A stretch of DNA of 64,000 bases from Gemmatimonadota bacterium (GCA_965116475.1 OZ220691.1:2272001-2336000); one strand, 5' to 3'. Shown: positions 18,014-27,939, counted from the stretch's first letter. Made by a program: numbers and translations. The notes: generated by a model not told the origin, from the letters alone.

Positions 18014-19210
18014 CTACGCTCGGACGGGGAGGAACTGCTGCATCGTGTGGACGGGCGCGCGGTATTCGCTCCCGTGCTCTTCGAGCAACTCATTTGCCAG
18101 GAGCCAGTTCAGATCTCGCGTAAGTGTCTTGGTCGTCCTCGTGGAATAGAGACGCGCCAGGCCGGGATCGAGATCCGGAATGTCGCGCTTCTTCGCCGGC
18201 TCCGCGTGCCGTCCAAGAACGAGGACGACTTCCCGGCGCCGGTTCATGGCGGGTGACCGGGGATGGAGCCGGAACCGCCAATAGACGTAGTGTTCCCATG
18301 CCAGCCATGACTGGACCCCTTCCACGTAACGACACTGTTCCTCGAGGCCGTCCAGGAACCCCTGGAGCGAATAGACGATGAAGGCCAGTGCGTCCCCACG
18401 CCCGCGGTTCGCACGGCTCGAACGGTCGAGCTGCCGGTAGTATTCGGCACGCGTGAGATTGTAGTGGTTGCTGAGGAGGTGGGTGGCGGGGGAGGGCACT
18501 CCGGCGCGCGCCAGGATGAGGAACTCGGTGAGCCGCGCCGTACGGCCGTTCCCATCGCCGAAGGGATGGATCCAGGCGATGTAAAGGTGTGCGAGGATCG
18601 CACGCAGGACTGCGGTTGCGACCGCACCGCCCAGGTGCTCCTCGAGGTCCGGCCAGACTGCGTTCTCCTCCATCCATTCGCACAGCCGTTCGAGCAGCAA
18701 ATGGCAGTCCTCCCGCGGAGCTCCGGAGTATCTTCCCACGCCTACGGAGAACGTGGGCACCTCCCCCGGAACGACTCCTTCTTCCAGGTGCCCTTCCAAC
18801 CCCGCGAGAACGAGGCGGTTCGCCTCGCGAATCCAGTCCGGAGTGAGGCGTGGAGGTTCGCCGGCTGCGATCCGTCGAAAAATGTCTTCGCAGGCACGAA
18901 GGACGTTGTCGACTTCCTGACCCAGGTACTCCTGCGATATCGGAAGTTCGAGTTGTCCGTCGAGTCTGCCCCGAACCTGTGTTTCGGTAAGCGTGTTCCC
19001 CTCGATGGCCGTCGTCGCGCGCGCACCCTTGACGAGATAGAGCTTGTGCATCTCCGCCGCGGCGGCGGGAGGTAGAACCGCCCGGGCGACCTGCTCGCAG
19101 CGAGCGGCCACCTGCCCGAGCAGGGACCACAACCGCGGCGTGGCCCGCTCCAGGCCCGCGCGAAAACTGATCCACGGGTGACTCCGCTCGTACGGATGCT
19201 CGTCCGTCAT
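18014..19210 (-). CDS. Fic family protein (class II-like) with C-terminal wHTH
   Basis: HPFGDGNGRTAR Fic motif; N-terminal TTAIEGN inhibitory motif; C-terminal TLTRDLNWL HTH-like segment. Confidence 0.92.
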   Translation of the reverse strand: MTDEHPYERSHPWISFRAGLERATPRLWSLLGQVAARCEQVARAVLPPAAAAEMHKLYLVKGARATTAIEGNTLTETQVRGRLDGQLELPISQEYLGQEVDNVLRACEDIFRRIAAGEPPRLTPDWIREANRLVLAGLEGHLEEGVVPGEVPTFSVGVGRYSGAPREDCHLLLERLCEWMEENAVWPDLEEHLGGAVATAVLRAILAHLYIAWIHPFGDGNGRTARLTEFLILARAGVPSPATHLLSNHYNLTRAEYYRQLDRSSRANRGRGDALAFIVYSLQGFLDGLEEQCRYVEGVQSWLAWEHYVYWRFRLHPRSPAMNRRREVVLVLGRHAEPAKKRDIPDLDPGLARLYSTRTTKTLTRDLNWLLANELLEEHGSEYRAPVHTMQQFLPVRA

Positions 19211-19338
19211 CCTGCCTTCCGTGCCGATGTCGCGGCGATTATGTGCCGATTTTTGTCCATCAGACTGTCCAACGATGCGTCCAGATTATGGTGTCGTCTC
19301 GGAGCGTGCGCAAACCGTCGAATCGGCGTGTCCGGCGA

Positions 19339-20835
19339 TCAGAGGTCCATTACGCGTTGGATGTCGCGGTCGATGGGATCGGGCTTCGTGAGGAAGGAGA
19401 TGGAGAGGAAGAGGACGAGGGAGACGAGGAGCGCCGCGGCGCCGTGGTCGACGCCGTAGGGGAGGCGCACGGTGCCGAACCCGAACCCGGACCGGAGTCC
19501 GAAGTTGACGAGCAGGCTGCTGGCGACGGCGATGTTGGCCGCGAGGGCGTTGGCGCGCCTCCAGTTGAGTCCGATCGCGATGACGGGCACGAGGCCGGCC
19601 GCGAACGTGCCCCAGCCGAACACGCCGAGCAGCGCCACGAGGTCGTCGGCGTAGAGCGCCACCAGCGCGGCCGAGATCGCCAACAGGACCGTGATGATGC
19701 GCGCCCACGCGAGTTCGTTGCCGAGCGACCGGCCGCGAATCGCGTTGGGCAGGTCGTGCATGATGGCGGCGGTCCCGATGTTCAGGAATGCGTCGGCCGT
19801 GGACATGATCGCGGCAAGGAGCGCCGCGAAGACGACGCCGGCGAGCAGCGGGTGCGTGAACGTCTGCAGAAACTCCGGCGAGGCGGCGTCCGGGGTCGCG
19901 AGCGCCGGGTGTCCGCCGGTGATGACCAGCGCCCGCATGGCGAAGCCGATGCCGATCCACAGCAGCGCCGCGAAGCTGTAGGCGATGACACCGACCGGGA
20001 TCACGTAGCGCAGTTCCTTCATGCGCCGCAGCATCATGAACTTGGTGATGATGTGCGGCTGCCCGGCCACGCCGATGCCGAACACGAAGAACCAGGCGAG
20101 GGCGCCCATGATCCCGATCGTTCCCCACGGCCCGCTCGCCGCGCGGTCGTCGGCCGCCACGATCCGGCTGATCTCGGCCATCCCGCCGTCGAACGTCCCG
20201 AGCACGGTGACGAATACGAAGACGGACGCGACGACCATGATGGCGCCCTGGATCACGTCGGTGTACACGGAGGCCACGATCCCGCCGGTCACCGAGTAGA
20301 AGATCAGGACCGAGCAGGAAATGGCCACGCAGAGCGCCAGGCTCGGGTTCTCGAGCACGCCGGCGTCCGCCAGCACGCCCTGCAGCACGATCGACATCGC
20401 GAGGATCTGCGTCGCGAGGTAGCCCAGCACGCCAAGCAGGATCACGACGGCCACGGAGGCCCGCACCGACTCCGCGCCGTAGCGTGCCGCGGCAATGTCC
20501 GGCAGCGACACGCATTCGCGAAGTTCCGCCACGAGCCGGAGGCGTTTCGCCACCAGGTTCAGCACGATGATGTTGGAGATGACGATCGTCCCGAGAATCC
20601 AGATCGAACTCGTCCCCATGGAGTACATGAGGCCGGGACCGCCCACGAACCCGAACCCGCTCATCGTGCTCGAGAAGATCGCGAACGCGGTGACGAACAT
20701 CCCCAGGGTGCGGCCGGCCACGAAGAAATCGCTCGCCGATTTCGTGCGCCGGAGCGACCAGAGACCCACGCCGACGCACAGAGCGAGATATGCGATCACG
20801 GCGAGGAGCGTGATCAGGGCGCGATTCGCCTCCAC
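19339..20835 (-). CDS. Sodium:solute symporter (SSS; PutP/PanF-like)
   Basis: DFFVAGR, GGPGL, YTDVIQG, GQPH, AAIMSTAD motifs; 13 or so TM segments. Confidence 0.92.
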   Translation of the reverse strand: MEANRALITLLAVIAYLALCVGVGLWSLRRTKSASDFFVAGRTLGMFVTAFAIFSSTMSGFGFVGGPGLMYSMGTSSIWILGTIVISNIIVLNLVAKRLRLVAELRECVSLPDIAAARYGAESVRASVAVVILLGVLGYLATQILAMSIVLQGVLADAGVLENPSLALCVAISCSVLIFYSVTGGIVASVYTDVIQGAIMVVASVFVFVTVLGTFDGGMAEISRIVAADDRAASGPWGTIGIMGALAWFFVFGIGVAGQPHIITKFMMLRRMKELRYVIPVGVIAYSFAALLWIGIGFAMRALVITGGHPALATPDAASPEFLQTFTHPLLAGVVFAALLAAIMSTADAFLNIGTAAIMHDLPNAIRGRSLGNELAWARIITVLLAISAALVALYADDLVALLGVFGWGTFAAGLVPVIAIGLNWRRANALAANIAVASSLLVNFGLRSGFGFGTVRLPYGVDHGAAALLVSLVLFLSISFLTKPDPIDRDIQRVMDL

Positions 20836-20841
20836 CGACCG

Positions 20842-21360
20842 CTATCCCTCGCCGCCGCCGTCGCCGCCGCCGGTACCGGCGATCTCGTCGAAGCGGGCCT
20901 GCTCCCGCGTGCCGAAGTACGCGTTCTCGAACGCCCAGGTGATGGCGAGAAGGGGAATCCACGGCGCGAGCGTGAGCCCATACACCAGCAGGGAAGTCGG
21001 GGCCGTGAAACCCAGGACGATCGTCGTGTCGCCGGCGGCGTAGGCGTCGAACGACCACACGAGCACCACGAAGAGGAGGACGTAGCCCACCATCCATGCG
21101 TTGACGGCCCGCCGGATCCAGTGTCCTTCCCGGAAGCCGATCAGCATCGTGACCCACATGGTCCCGAGCATGGCGATGCCGGCGACGTACGTCGCCCACG
21201 CCGGCGCGCCGAGTTCGCCCGCGTCGATCCCCACCTGCATCGGAGCGTACTCCGGGTGAGGGAGCGGCGTAGCGCGGCCGGTCCCGGTGGCGACCGCCAC
21301 CGCGAGCAGGCCGAGCAGGAGAGCGCAGAGCGCGAGCAGTACCGCCATGAGGCGGGTCAT
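20842..21360 (-). CDS. Small integral membrane protein, probable SSS accessory subunit
   Basis: About four hydrophobic segments; ends 6 bp before the symporter start; start uncertain. Confidence 0.65.
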   Translation of the reverse strand: MTRLMAVLLALCALLLGLLAVAVATGTGRATPLPHPEYAPMQVGIDAGELGAPAWATYVAGIAMLGTMWVTMLIGFREGHWIRRAVNAWMVGYVLLFVVLVWSFDAYAAGDTTIVLGFTAPTSLLVYGLTLAPWIPLLAITWAFENAYFGTREQARFDEIAGTGGGDGGGEG

Positions 21361-21623
21361 GTGAGCGTTGTCGCGGATCGGGTTGTCGCGGATCGATCCC
21401 CCCGAGTTTGAGAAGCGCCGAAGTTGCCACGACGTGGGCGCGCGCGCGAGACCGCGCCAGGCGCCTCCCGCCGCGCCGGGCTGCTCCCGCCGCGCCAGTC
21501 CGGATCCGCGCTGGACTTGAGGAGTCGCTCCTGTGAGTTTGGCGCCCCCGGTGCGCATCGGCTTCAGGGACGGGGCTCACGGGACACCCACCGAATCGTT
21601 CACACGCAACGCGCGGAGACGAC

Positions 21624-22604
21624 ATGACTGCACCAGCGCGGGTCGCCATCACGGGGGCCGCAGGAAATATCGGATACGCCCTCGCCTTCAGGATTGCGGC
21701 GGGGGACATGCTCGGGCCGGACCGGCCCGTCACGCTTCAACTGCTGGAGATTCCGCCCGCGCTCGACGCGCTGCGCGGCGTGGAAATGGAACTCAACGAC
21801 TGCGCCTTTCCGCTCCTGCACGGGGTCGTGGCGACCGCGGAGGCGGACGAGGGGTTCGACGGCGTCGACTACGCCCTGCTCGTGGGCGCCAAGCCGCGGG
21901 GGCCCGGGATGGAGCGCGGCGACCTGCTGGCCGACAACGGGAGGATCTTCGGCCCACAGGGGCGCGCGCTGAGCGATCGCGCCTCGCCGGACGTGCGCGT
22001 CCTCGTGGTCGGAAACCCGGCGAACACGAACTGCCTCATCGCCGCCGCCAATGCTCCGAAGCTCGACCGCCGGCAGTTCGCGGCCATGACCCGCCTCGAC
22101 CATAACCGCGCGATCAGCCAGCTCGCCGAGAAGACGGGGGCGCACGCGACGGAGATCCGGCGCATGACCATCTGGGGCAATCACTCCGCGACCCAGTACC
22201 CCGACATCAGCCGGTGCACGGTGGCGGGCGCCCCGGCCGTCGATCTTGTCGACGAAGCCTGGTATCGCGACACCTTCATTCCAAAGGTCCAGAAGCGGGG
22301 TGCCGAGATTATCCGGGCGCGCGGCGCCTCTTCAGCCGCGTCGGCCGCCTCCGCCGCCATCGACCACGTGCGGACGTGGGTACACGGCACGCCGGAGGGC
22401 GACTGGACGAGCATGGCCGTGCATGCGGACGGGCGCTACGGGGTGGCCGAGGGCGTCGTCTACTCGCACCCGGTGACGTGCGCGGACGGCGACTACTCCG
22501 TCGTCGAGGGCCTCGACCCGAGCGACTTCAGCCGCGAGCGCATGGAGATCACCGACGCGGAACTCCGCGCCGAACGCGACGCCGTCGCCGACCTCCTCGG
22601 CTAG
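21624..22604 (+). CDS. mdh: Malate dehydrogenase
   Basis: [56 protein letters not shown]. Confidence 0.97.
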   Translation: MTAPARVAITGAAGNIGYALAFRIAAGDMLGPDRPVTLQLLEIPPALDALRGVEMELNDCAFPLLHGVVATAEADEGFDGVDYALLVGAKPRGPGMERGDLLADNGRIFGPQGRALSDRASPDVRVLVVGNPANTNCLIAAANAPKLDRRQFAAMTRLDHNRAISQLAEKTGAHATEIRRMTIWGNHSATQYPDISRCTVAGAPAVDLVDEAWYRDTFIPKVQKRGAEIIRARGASSAASAASAAIDHVRTWVHGTPEGDWTSMAVHADGRYGVAEGVVYSHPVTCADGDYSVVEGLDPSDFSRERMEITDAELRAERDAVADLLG

Positions 22605-22623
22605 TCGTGAGGCCGACGGGTTC

Positions 22624-23028
22624 GTGAAAGGGCTGACGCCGATCCTGAACGTCACGGACCTGCAGGAGAGCTTCGCCTGGTTCGAACGCTGGGGCTGGAA
22701 GAAGAGCTGGGATTGGGGCGATCCGCCCGACTTCGGCGGCGTCGTCTCCGGCGACTGCCAGATCTTCCTGTGCCAGAACGCGCAGGGCGGCCGGGGCCGC
22801 AGCGAGGTGGAGAGGACGTTTGGCCCGGGCGGCGACGACGCCGCCGACAAGGGCGTCTGGATGTCGGTCTGGGTGGACGATGTCGACGCCGTGCATGAAC
22901 GGTGCGTGGAGCAGGGCCTCGAAGTCACATGGCCGCCCACGGACATGCCGTGGGGCGTACGCGAAACGCACGTCCGCCACCCCGACGGCCACGTCTTCCG
23001 CATCAGCCGCGGCATCGACCTGGACTAG
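22624..23028 (+). CDS. VOC/glyoxalase/bleomycin-resistance family protein
   Basis: LTPILNV, VDDVDA, PTDMPWGVRE, HPDGH motifs. Confidence 0.88.
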   Translation: MKGLTPILNVTDLQESFAWFERWGWKKSWDWGDPPDFGGVVSGDCQIFLCQNAQGGRGRSEVERTFGPGGDDAADKGVWMSVWVDDVDAVHERCVEQGLEVTWPPTDMPWGVRETHVRHPDGHVFRISRGIDLD

Positions 23029-23071
23029 CAGCCGGTGCCAACGACGTTGGCGGCCCTCACGCCGCCATCGG

Positions 23072-24478
23072 TCACGCTGCCATCGGCGTGGTCTCGTACT
23101 GTCCCCAGAGGACCCAGAGCGCCCAGTCGAGGTCGAGCGGGTCGCCCATCCAGAGGCTCGTCGCCGTCCAGGGGTCGATCCCCTCCTGCCGGTGCCAGTT
23201 CCCGAGTCCCGCATCGGCGGTTCGGGGCGCCCTGACGTCTTCGCGTGCCGGGGGCACCGCCGGAACCACGCGTCCCCTCGGATCGCAGAAGCGCGCCGCG
23301 CCCGCCTGCCCCATCTCGACGCGCCAGCCGCCCTCGTGCACGGCCCTGTGATGGAACCGGCACAGGAGGGTCAGGTTGTCGAGCTTCGTCTCGCCCCCCT
23401 CGGACCAGGGGATGGCGTGGTGGGCCTGCGTGTGGCGCGAGCCGCAGCCGGGGAAGCGGCAGCCCCCGTCCCGGACGTCGAGCGCCTTGCGCAGCCGCCA
23501 CCCGACGGTCCGCTGGCGGCGGCCCACGTCCAGCACCGAGCCGTCCCGCCCGCGCTTCACCTCCACGGTCTCCGCGTCGCAGGCCAGGCGCCGGGACGTT
23601 CCCGCGGGAACGTGTGAGCCGTCCTCCGTGGCCAGGATCTCGGGGCCGCCGGCCACGGTGTGGACCACCAGTTGAGCCCTCGCCTCGGCGCGCTCCTCGA
23701 GCCACGCTCCGAGCGCGTCGTGTCGCCGCTCCGTCGGACTCGGCCGGAGCCCGGGCGGGGGCGTCGGCTGGGGCCCGGCCATCGGCCCGGGCGTCGGCGG
23801 GGCCGGCTCCCCCGTGGCGGCATCGGCCTCGCGCTCCATGGCGGCGTCGGCCTCACGCTCCATGGCGCACTCCTGCCGGTGGAGTTCGTCCACGGTGACG
23901 TCCAGCGTCTCCACGAGCAGGGCGCCCACCTCGGGCATGAGCAGGCCCCGGACCTCGTACATCCCGTCGGCCGTCATCCGGACCGTCAGGTGACGGCGAG
24001 CCGCCATCTCCGACGTCCCGTCCAGCGCCGCCATGGCGGCCTCCGCGCTCTTCGCCGCCCGCACGAAGCGCTCCACCTGGCTCGCCGTGTGGTGGAGGGC
24101 GAACTCGACCAGCCGCGCCTCGTCCTCGGCCGTGGCCATGCGCGTGAGCGCCCGGACCTTGGACCAGGAGAGCCGGCCCTTCTCCATCTCGGCGGAGGTC
24201 AGGGGCAGGTCGGCGAGGCGGCGGGCCACCCGCAGCCGCTCGCGGGCCGAGCCGAGGGAGATGCCGGTGCGCCAGTTCAGCCAGTGGGCGCAGGAGCGCC
24301 ACCCGCTCCAGCGTTCCTCTTCATCGTAGCGGCGCAGCAACGTCAGGAGCCGATACTGGGCGGCGTCGATATGGGCGCACAGCTCGGCGATCTCGTCACC
24401 CACGGGGTCGCCGGCCAAGGCAGCGGGGTGCGAGTCGGCAGCGTTCGAGTCAGCGGAAGGGTCAGGCGTCTCAGGCAT
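23072..24478 (-). CDS. DUF222 domain / HNH endonuclease protein (13E12-repeat-like family)
   Basis: N-terminal SCAHWLNWRTG...GRLSWSKVRA; RRLACDA; C-terminal RDGGCRFPGC...HH...W..GGET.LDNL.LLC..HH. Confidence 0.9.
   Translation of the reverse strand: MPETPDPSADSNAADSHPAALAGDPVGDEIAELCAHIDAAQYRLLTLLRRYDEEERWSGWRSCAHWLNWRTGISLGSARERLRVARRLADLPLTSAEMEKGRLSWSKVRALTRMATAEDEARLVEFALHHTASQVERFVRAAKSAEAAMAALDGTSEMAARRHLTVRMTADGMYEVRGLLMPEVGALLVETLDVTVDELHRQECAMEREADAAMEREADAATGEPAPPTPGPMAGPQPTPPPGLRPSPTERRHDALGAWLEERAEARAQLVVHTVAGGPEILATEDGSHVPAGTSRRLACDAETVEVKRGRDGSVLDVGRRQRTVGWRLRKALDVRDGGCRFPGCGSRHTQAHHAIPWSEGGETKLDNLTLLCRFHHRAVHEGGWRVEMGQAGAARFCDPRGRVVPAVPPAREDVRAPRTADAGLGNWHRQEGIDPWTATSLWMGDPLDLDWALWVLWGQYETTPMAA
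23591..23613. repeat. Palindromic 23-mer, copy 1 (intragenic)
   Basis: CCGGGACGTTCCCGCGGGAACGT; 23596-23613 is a perfect 18-bp palindrome. Confidence 0.85.
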
Positions 24479-24600
24479 GGCGTTCTCATCCGAATCTCAG
24501 GGTTCAAAGGGGGTACGCACTCATACCCCGATATTCGGTGAATGTTCGGGTTTCATCTCAACGCGGCCTCAACACGCGGTCTCAGCGCGATCCTCAACGC

Positions 24601-24624
24601 CCGGGACGTTCCCGCAGGAACGTC
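24601..24624. repeat. Palindromic 23-mer, copy 2 (upstream of DUF222 gene)
   Basis: CCGGGACGTTCCCGCAGGAACGT(C); 22/23 identical to copy 1. Confidence 0.85.
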
Positions 24625-24706
24625 GGCGGCCAGTCAATAACCATCGTGGCAGCTACCACGAGGGCCGTTGTCCGCCAGAACGCCGTAGTCGGGTTCAGAC
24701 GTCGGG

Positions 24707-26335
24707 CTATCCGTCGCGGAGGATGCGAGCGGCGGCACCGGCGCCGGGGCGGGCGTTGAGGCCGCCGCCGGGGTGGGTGCCGGCTCCGCACAGGTAGAGT
24801 CCATCGACCGGGGTGCGGTACCGGGCCCAGCCGGCGACGGGGCGCCCGAAGAAGACCTGGTCGAGCGTCATCTCGCCGTGGTGGATGTTCCCTTCCGGGA
24901 GCGCGAAGCGGTCGGCGAGGTCGGCGGGCGTGAGCACGTGCCGGTGCAGGATCGCCCCCTCGAGGTTGGGGATGTGCTCCGCCAGCGTCGCGACGACGGC
25001 ATCTCCCAGCGCTTCGCGGCGCTCCTCATCCCATGGTCCGTCGGCGAGTCGGAACGGTGCGTACTGGGCCGCGACCGACAGGACGTGACGGCCTTCCGGC
25101 GCGAGCGACGGATCGAGGGCGGTCGTGAGGACGGCGTCGAGGACCGGCCGTGCGGAGGCCCGGCCGTACTTCGCGTCGTCGTACGCGCGCTCGATGTAGT
25201 GGATGCTCGGCGCGACCGTGATGGCCGCGCCGGCACGCACGGCGGCCTGGGCCGCGTCCCCGGCGGCCGCCGCCGCGCCGCCGCCGACCCCGGCCTGGTT
25301 GCCGCCGGACCGCAGGCGCGGGGGCTCGCCCAGCGCGAGGTGCACCTTCGCGATGACGCCCCGGTACTTGATGTGGTCCAGTCCGCGGGCGAACTCGGGC
25401 GCCAGTTCTCCGGGGTCGACGAGGCCGAGCAGCGTGCGGCCGGGATCGGCGGACGAGACGATGCGGGACGCCATGATCTCGCCGCCCCCGACGAGGGAGA
25501 TGCTCCTCGCGCGCCCGTCTTCGACGCGGATCGAGGCCACCTCCTGGCCGAGGCGGACCTCCGCCCCCGCCGCCTCGGCGACGCGCTGCAGAGCGGCGCC
25601 GAGCGCGCCCGTCCCGCCGCGCACCTGGCGCCGTCCCCGCACGACCCCGTCCGCGCCCACCATGTGGTGGAGGAACATGTAGCCGGTCCCCGAGGCCAGC
25701 GGCCCCTGGCAGATCCCCCGCACGCCGTCCGCGGCGAGCGCGCCCTTGAGCGCCTCGCTCTCGAACCACTCGTAGAGCAGTTCCTCCACCGTCATCGGGA
25801 TGAGCCGCATCAGTTCGAGCGCATCCCGCCGTCCGATGCGGTTCAGCTTCGCGCCGAGGCGAAGGAGTTCCCACAGGTCGCCACGGTTCGCGCCCGCGAG
25901 CCGCGGCGGTACGGTGCCGTACAGCACGCCGAGGGCTCGGCTCGCCCGCGCCATCGCGCGCACGAACTCCGGCCAGCGGGCGGCGTCCCGCGCGGAGAAG
26001 GGCCGAATCCGATCCGCCGTCCGCGCGGGGTCCGCCTCCAGAATGAGCGCGCCCCCGTCCGGCTGCGGAGACACGACGCATGGGTCGGGGGAAAGGAGTT
26101 CGAGGTCCGCACCCTCCAGACCCAGATCCTTCATGACGCGCGGATCGATCCCGGTCAGGCTGTGCGCGCCGGTGTCCACGCGATACCCGGGCCACAACTC
26201 CTCGGTGGCGGCGCACCCGCCCGCGGCCTCGCCCCGCTCGACGACGATCACGCGGAGGCCCGCCCGCGCCAGATACGCGGCCGCGACGAGACCGTTATGG
26301 CCCGCCCCGATGACGACGGCGTCGCAGGCGCTCAC
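24707..26335 (-). CDS. Phytoene dehydrogenase-like FAD oxidoreductase (COG1233/PYROXD2-like), paralog B
   Basis: GTG at 26335 overlaps the upstream stop; IGAGHNGL FAD motif; GNIHHGE; YRTPVDGLYLCGAGTHPGGG. Confidence 0.88.
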   Translation of the reverse strand: MSACDAVVIGAGHNGLVAAAYLARAGLRVIVVERGEAAGGCAATEELWPGYRVDTGAHSLTGIDPRVMKDLGLEGADLELLSPDPCVVSPQPDGGALILEADPARTADRIRPFSARDAARWPEFVRAMARASRALGVLYGTVPPRLAGANRGDLWELLRLGAKLNRIGRRDALELMRLIPMTVEELLYEWFESEALKGALAADGVRGICQGPLASGTGYMFLHHMVGADGVVRGRRQVRGGTGALGAALQRVAEAAGAEVRLGQEVASIRVEDGRARSISLVGGGEIMASRIVSSADPGRTLLGLVDPGELAPEFARGLDHIKYRGVIAKVHLALGEPPRLRSGGNQAGVGGGAAAAAGDAAQAAVRAGAAITVAPSIHYIERAYDDAKYGRASARPVLDAVLTTALDPSLAPEGRHVLSVAAQYAPFRLADGPWDEERREALGDAVVATLAEHIPNLEGAILHRHVLTPADLADRFALPEGNIHHGEMTLDQVFFGRPVAGWARYRTPVDGLYLCGAGTHPGGGLNARPGAGAAARILRDG

Positions 26336-27939
26336 GGCCGCCCCCGCGGGCGCCGCCGCAGGTCCCGGAGGATCTCGAGCGCGGCGAGCCGCCCCGACGC
26401 CCCGCACACGCCGCCCCCGGGGTGAGTACCGGATCCGCACTGGTAGAACCCGCGCACGGGCGTCCGGTAGTCGGCCCACGCGGGCGACGGACGGAAGAAG
26501 AAGAGCTGCTGCGGCGTCAACTCGCCGTGGAAGATGTTGCCCTCGGTGAGCCCCAGTTCCTCCTGCATGTCCAGCGGCGTGAGCACCTGCCGATGGAGGA
26601 TGGAATCCTTGAGGTTCGGGACGTACTCCGAGAGCGTGTTGACGACCGCGTCGCCGAACGCCTCCCGCTTTGCGTCGTCCCAGCCGCCCTCGAGGTCGAA
26701 GGCGGCATATTGGACGAAGATCGACATCACGTGCCGGCCCGGCGGTGCCATCCCGGGGTCGATCATCGACGGAATCACGATGTCCATGTACGGCTGCCGC
26801 GAGAATCCTCCGTACTTCGCGTCGTCGTAGGCGCGTTCCAGGTAGTCCATGCTCGGACTGATGGAGAAGGCGCCCCGCAGGTGTGGCCCCCCGCCGGGCA
26901 GGCAGGAGAACTCCGGCGCCTCCGACAGCGAGAGGTTCACCTTCCCCGAGGAGCCGCGGATCCGGAAGCGCCGGATCGCCTCCACGAGATCGTCCGGCAA
27001 CTCTTCCGGGTCGAGCAGACCGAGGAAGGTGCGCTTCGGATCGACCCCCGACACGACCGTCTTCGCCGTGAGCTCCTCGCCACCTTCCAGGACGACGCCC
27101 GTCGCCCGCCCGTTCGCCGTCAGCACCCGCTCCACCGCGGCCCCGGTCCGGATCTCGGCCCCATGGGACCTGGCCGAGGAGGCGATGGACTCGCTGACCA
27201 TGCCGTTCCCGCCCCGCGCGAATCCCCACGCCCGGAACACGCCGTCGATCTCCCCCATGTAGTGATGGAGGAGGACGTACGCCGTCCCCGGAGACCGCGG
27301 GCCGAGGAAGGTTCCGATGATCCCGCTCGCGGACATCGTCGCCTTGAGCACATCCGACTCGAACCACTCGTCGAGATAGTCCGCCGCACTCATCGTCCCC
27401 AGCTTGAAGAGCGCGTGGAACTGCTGCTCGCCCAGTCCGCGCGCGTGCCGCCCCAGCATGAGCAGCGTCTTCAGATCGCGAACCCCGGGAGAGAGCGGGT
27501 TGGGCGGCACGACGCCGAGGAGGGGTTTCACGGTCCACGCGAGCTGGTACATGAGCGTCGCGAAATCGTCGTACGCCTCGGCGTCCTTCGGGGAATGGCG
27601 GTAGAGGTCGCGCCGCGTCTGGTCGTGGTCGGCCCAGCGCCCGAGATAGTCGCCGTTCGGGAGCGGCGTGACGGTGCTCTCGAGGGGGAGGATCTCCAGC
27701 CCGTGCCGCGCGAGCCGCAGATCGCGGATGATCTCCGGCCTCAGCAGGCTTACGACGTAGGACGCGACGGAATACTTGAAGCCGGGGAAGATCTCCTCCG
27801 TGACCGCGGCTCCGCCCACCAGGTGCCGGCGTTCGAGCACGACGACGCGAAGGCCCGCCCGGGCGAGGTAGGCCGCGTTGATGAGGCCGTTGTGGCCGCC
27901 CCCGATGATGATTGCGTCGTACGTATTCGTCGTATTCAC
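26332..27939 (-). CDS. Phytoene dehydrogenase-like FAD oxidoreductase (COG1233/PYROXD2-like), paralog A
   Basis: IGGGHNGL, GGAAVTEE, LLHHYMGE, GNIFHGE, CGSGTHPGGG. Confidence 0.9.
   Translation of the reverse strand: MNTTNTYDAIIIGGGHNGLINAAYLARAGLRVVVLERRHLVGGAAVTEEIFPGFKYSVASYVVSLLRPEIIRDLRLARHGLEILPLESTVTPLPNGDYLGRWADHDQTRRDLYRHSPKDAEAYDDFATLMYQLAWTVKPLLGVVPPNPLSPGVRDLKTLLMLGRHARGLGEQQFHALFKLGTMSAADYLDEWFESDVLKATMSASGIIGTFLGPRSPGTAYVLLHHYMGEIDGVFRAWGFARGGNGMVSESIASSARSHGAEIRTGAAVERVLTANGRATGVVLEGGEELTAKTVVSGVDPKRTFLGLLDPEELPDDLVEAIRRFRIRGSSGKVNLSLSEAPEFSCLPGGGPHLRGAFSISPSMDYLERAYDDAKYGGFSRQPYMDIVIPSMIDPGMAPPGRHVMSIFVQYAAFDLEGGWDDAKREAFGDAVVNTLSEYVPNLKDSILHRQVLTPLDMQEELGLTEGNIFHGELTPQQLFFFRPSPAWADYRTPVRGFYQCGSGTHPGGGVCGASGRLAALEILRDLRRRPRGRP

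Noticed and set aside
23596..23613. Shared TTCCCG/CGGGAA half-sites between the hipBA operator and the DUF222 palindrome, suggesting cross-regulation
   Set aside because: Central spacing differs (2 bp versus 0), which normally precludes binding by the same HTH dimer. Probably coincidental in GC-rich DNA.
23816..23866. 24-bp tandem repeat (MEREADAA x2) in the DUF222 gene and 12-bp repeats (LGMG) in the PQQ signal peptide near 31075-31110
   Set aside because: In-frame slippage duplications in linker or signal regions with no evidence of function.
24707..27939. Carotenoid biosynthesis cluster
   Set aside because: No phytoene synthase, GGPP synthase or cyclase. The sequences are of the PYROXD2-like type and are coupled to a GcvT-like gene.
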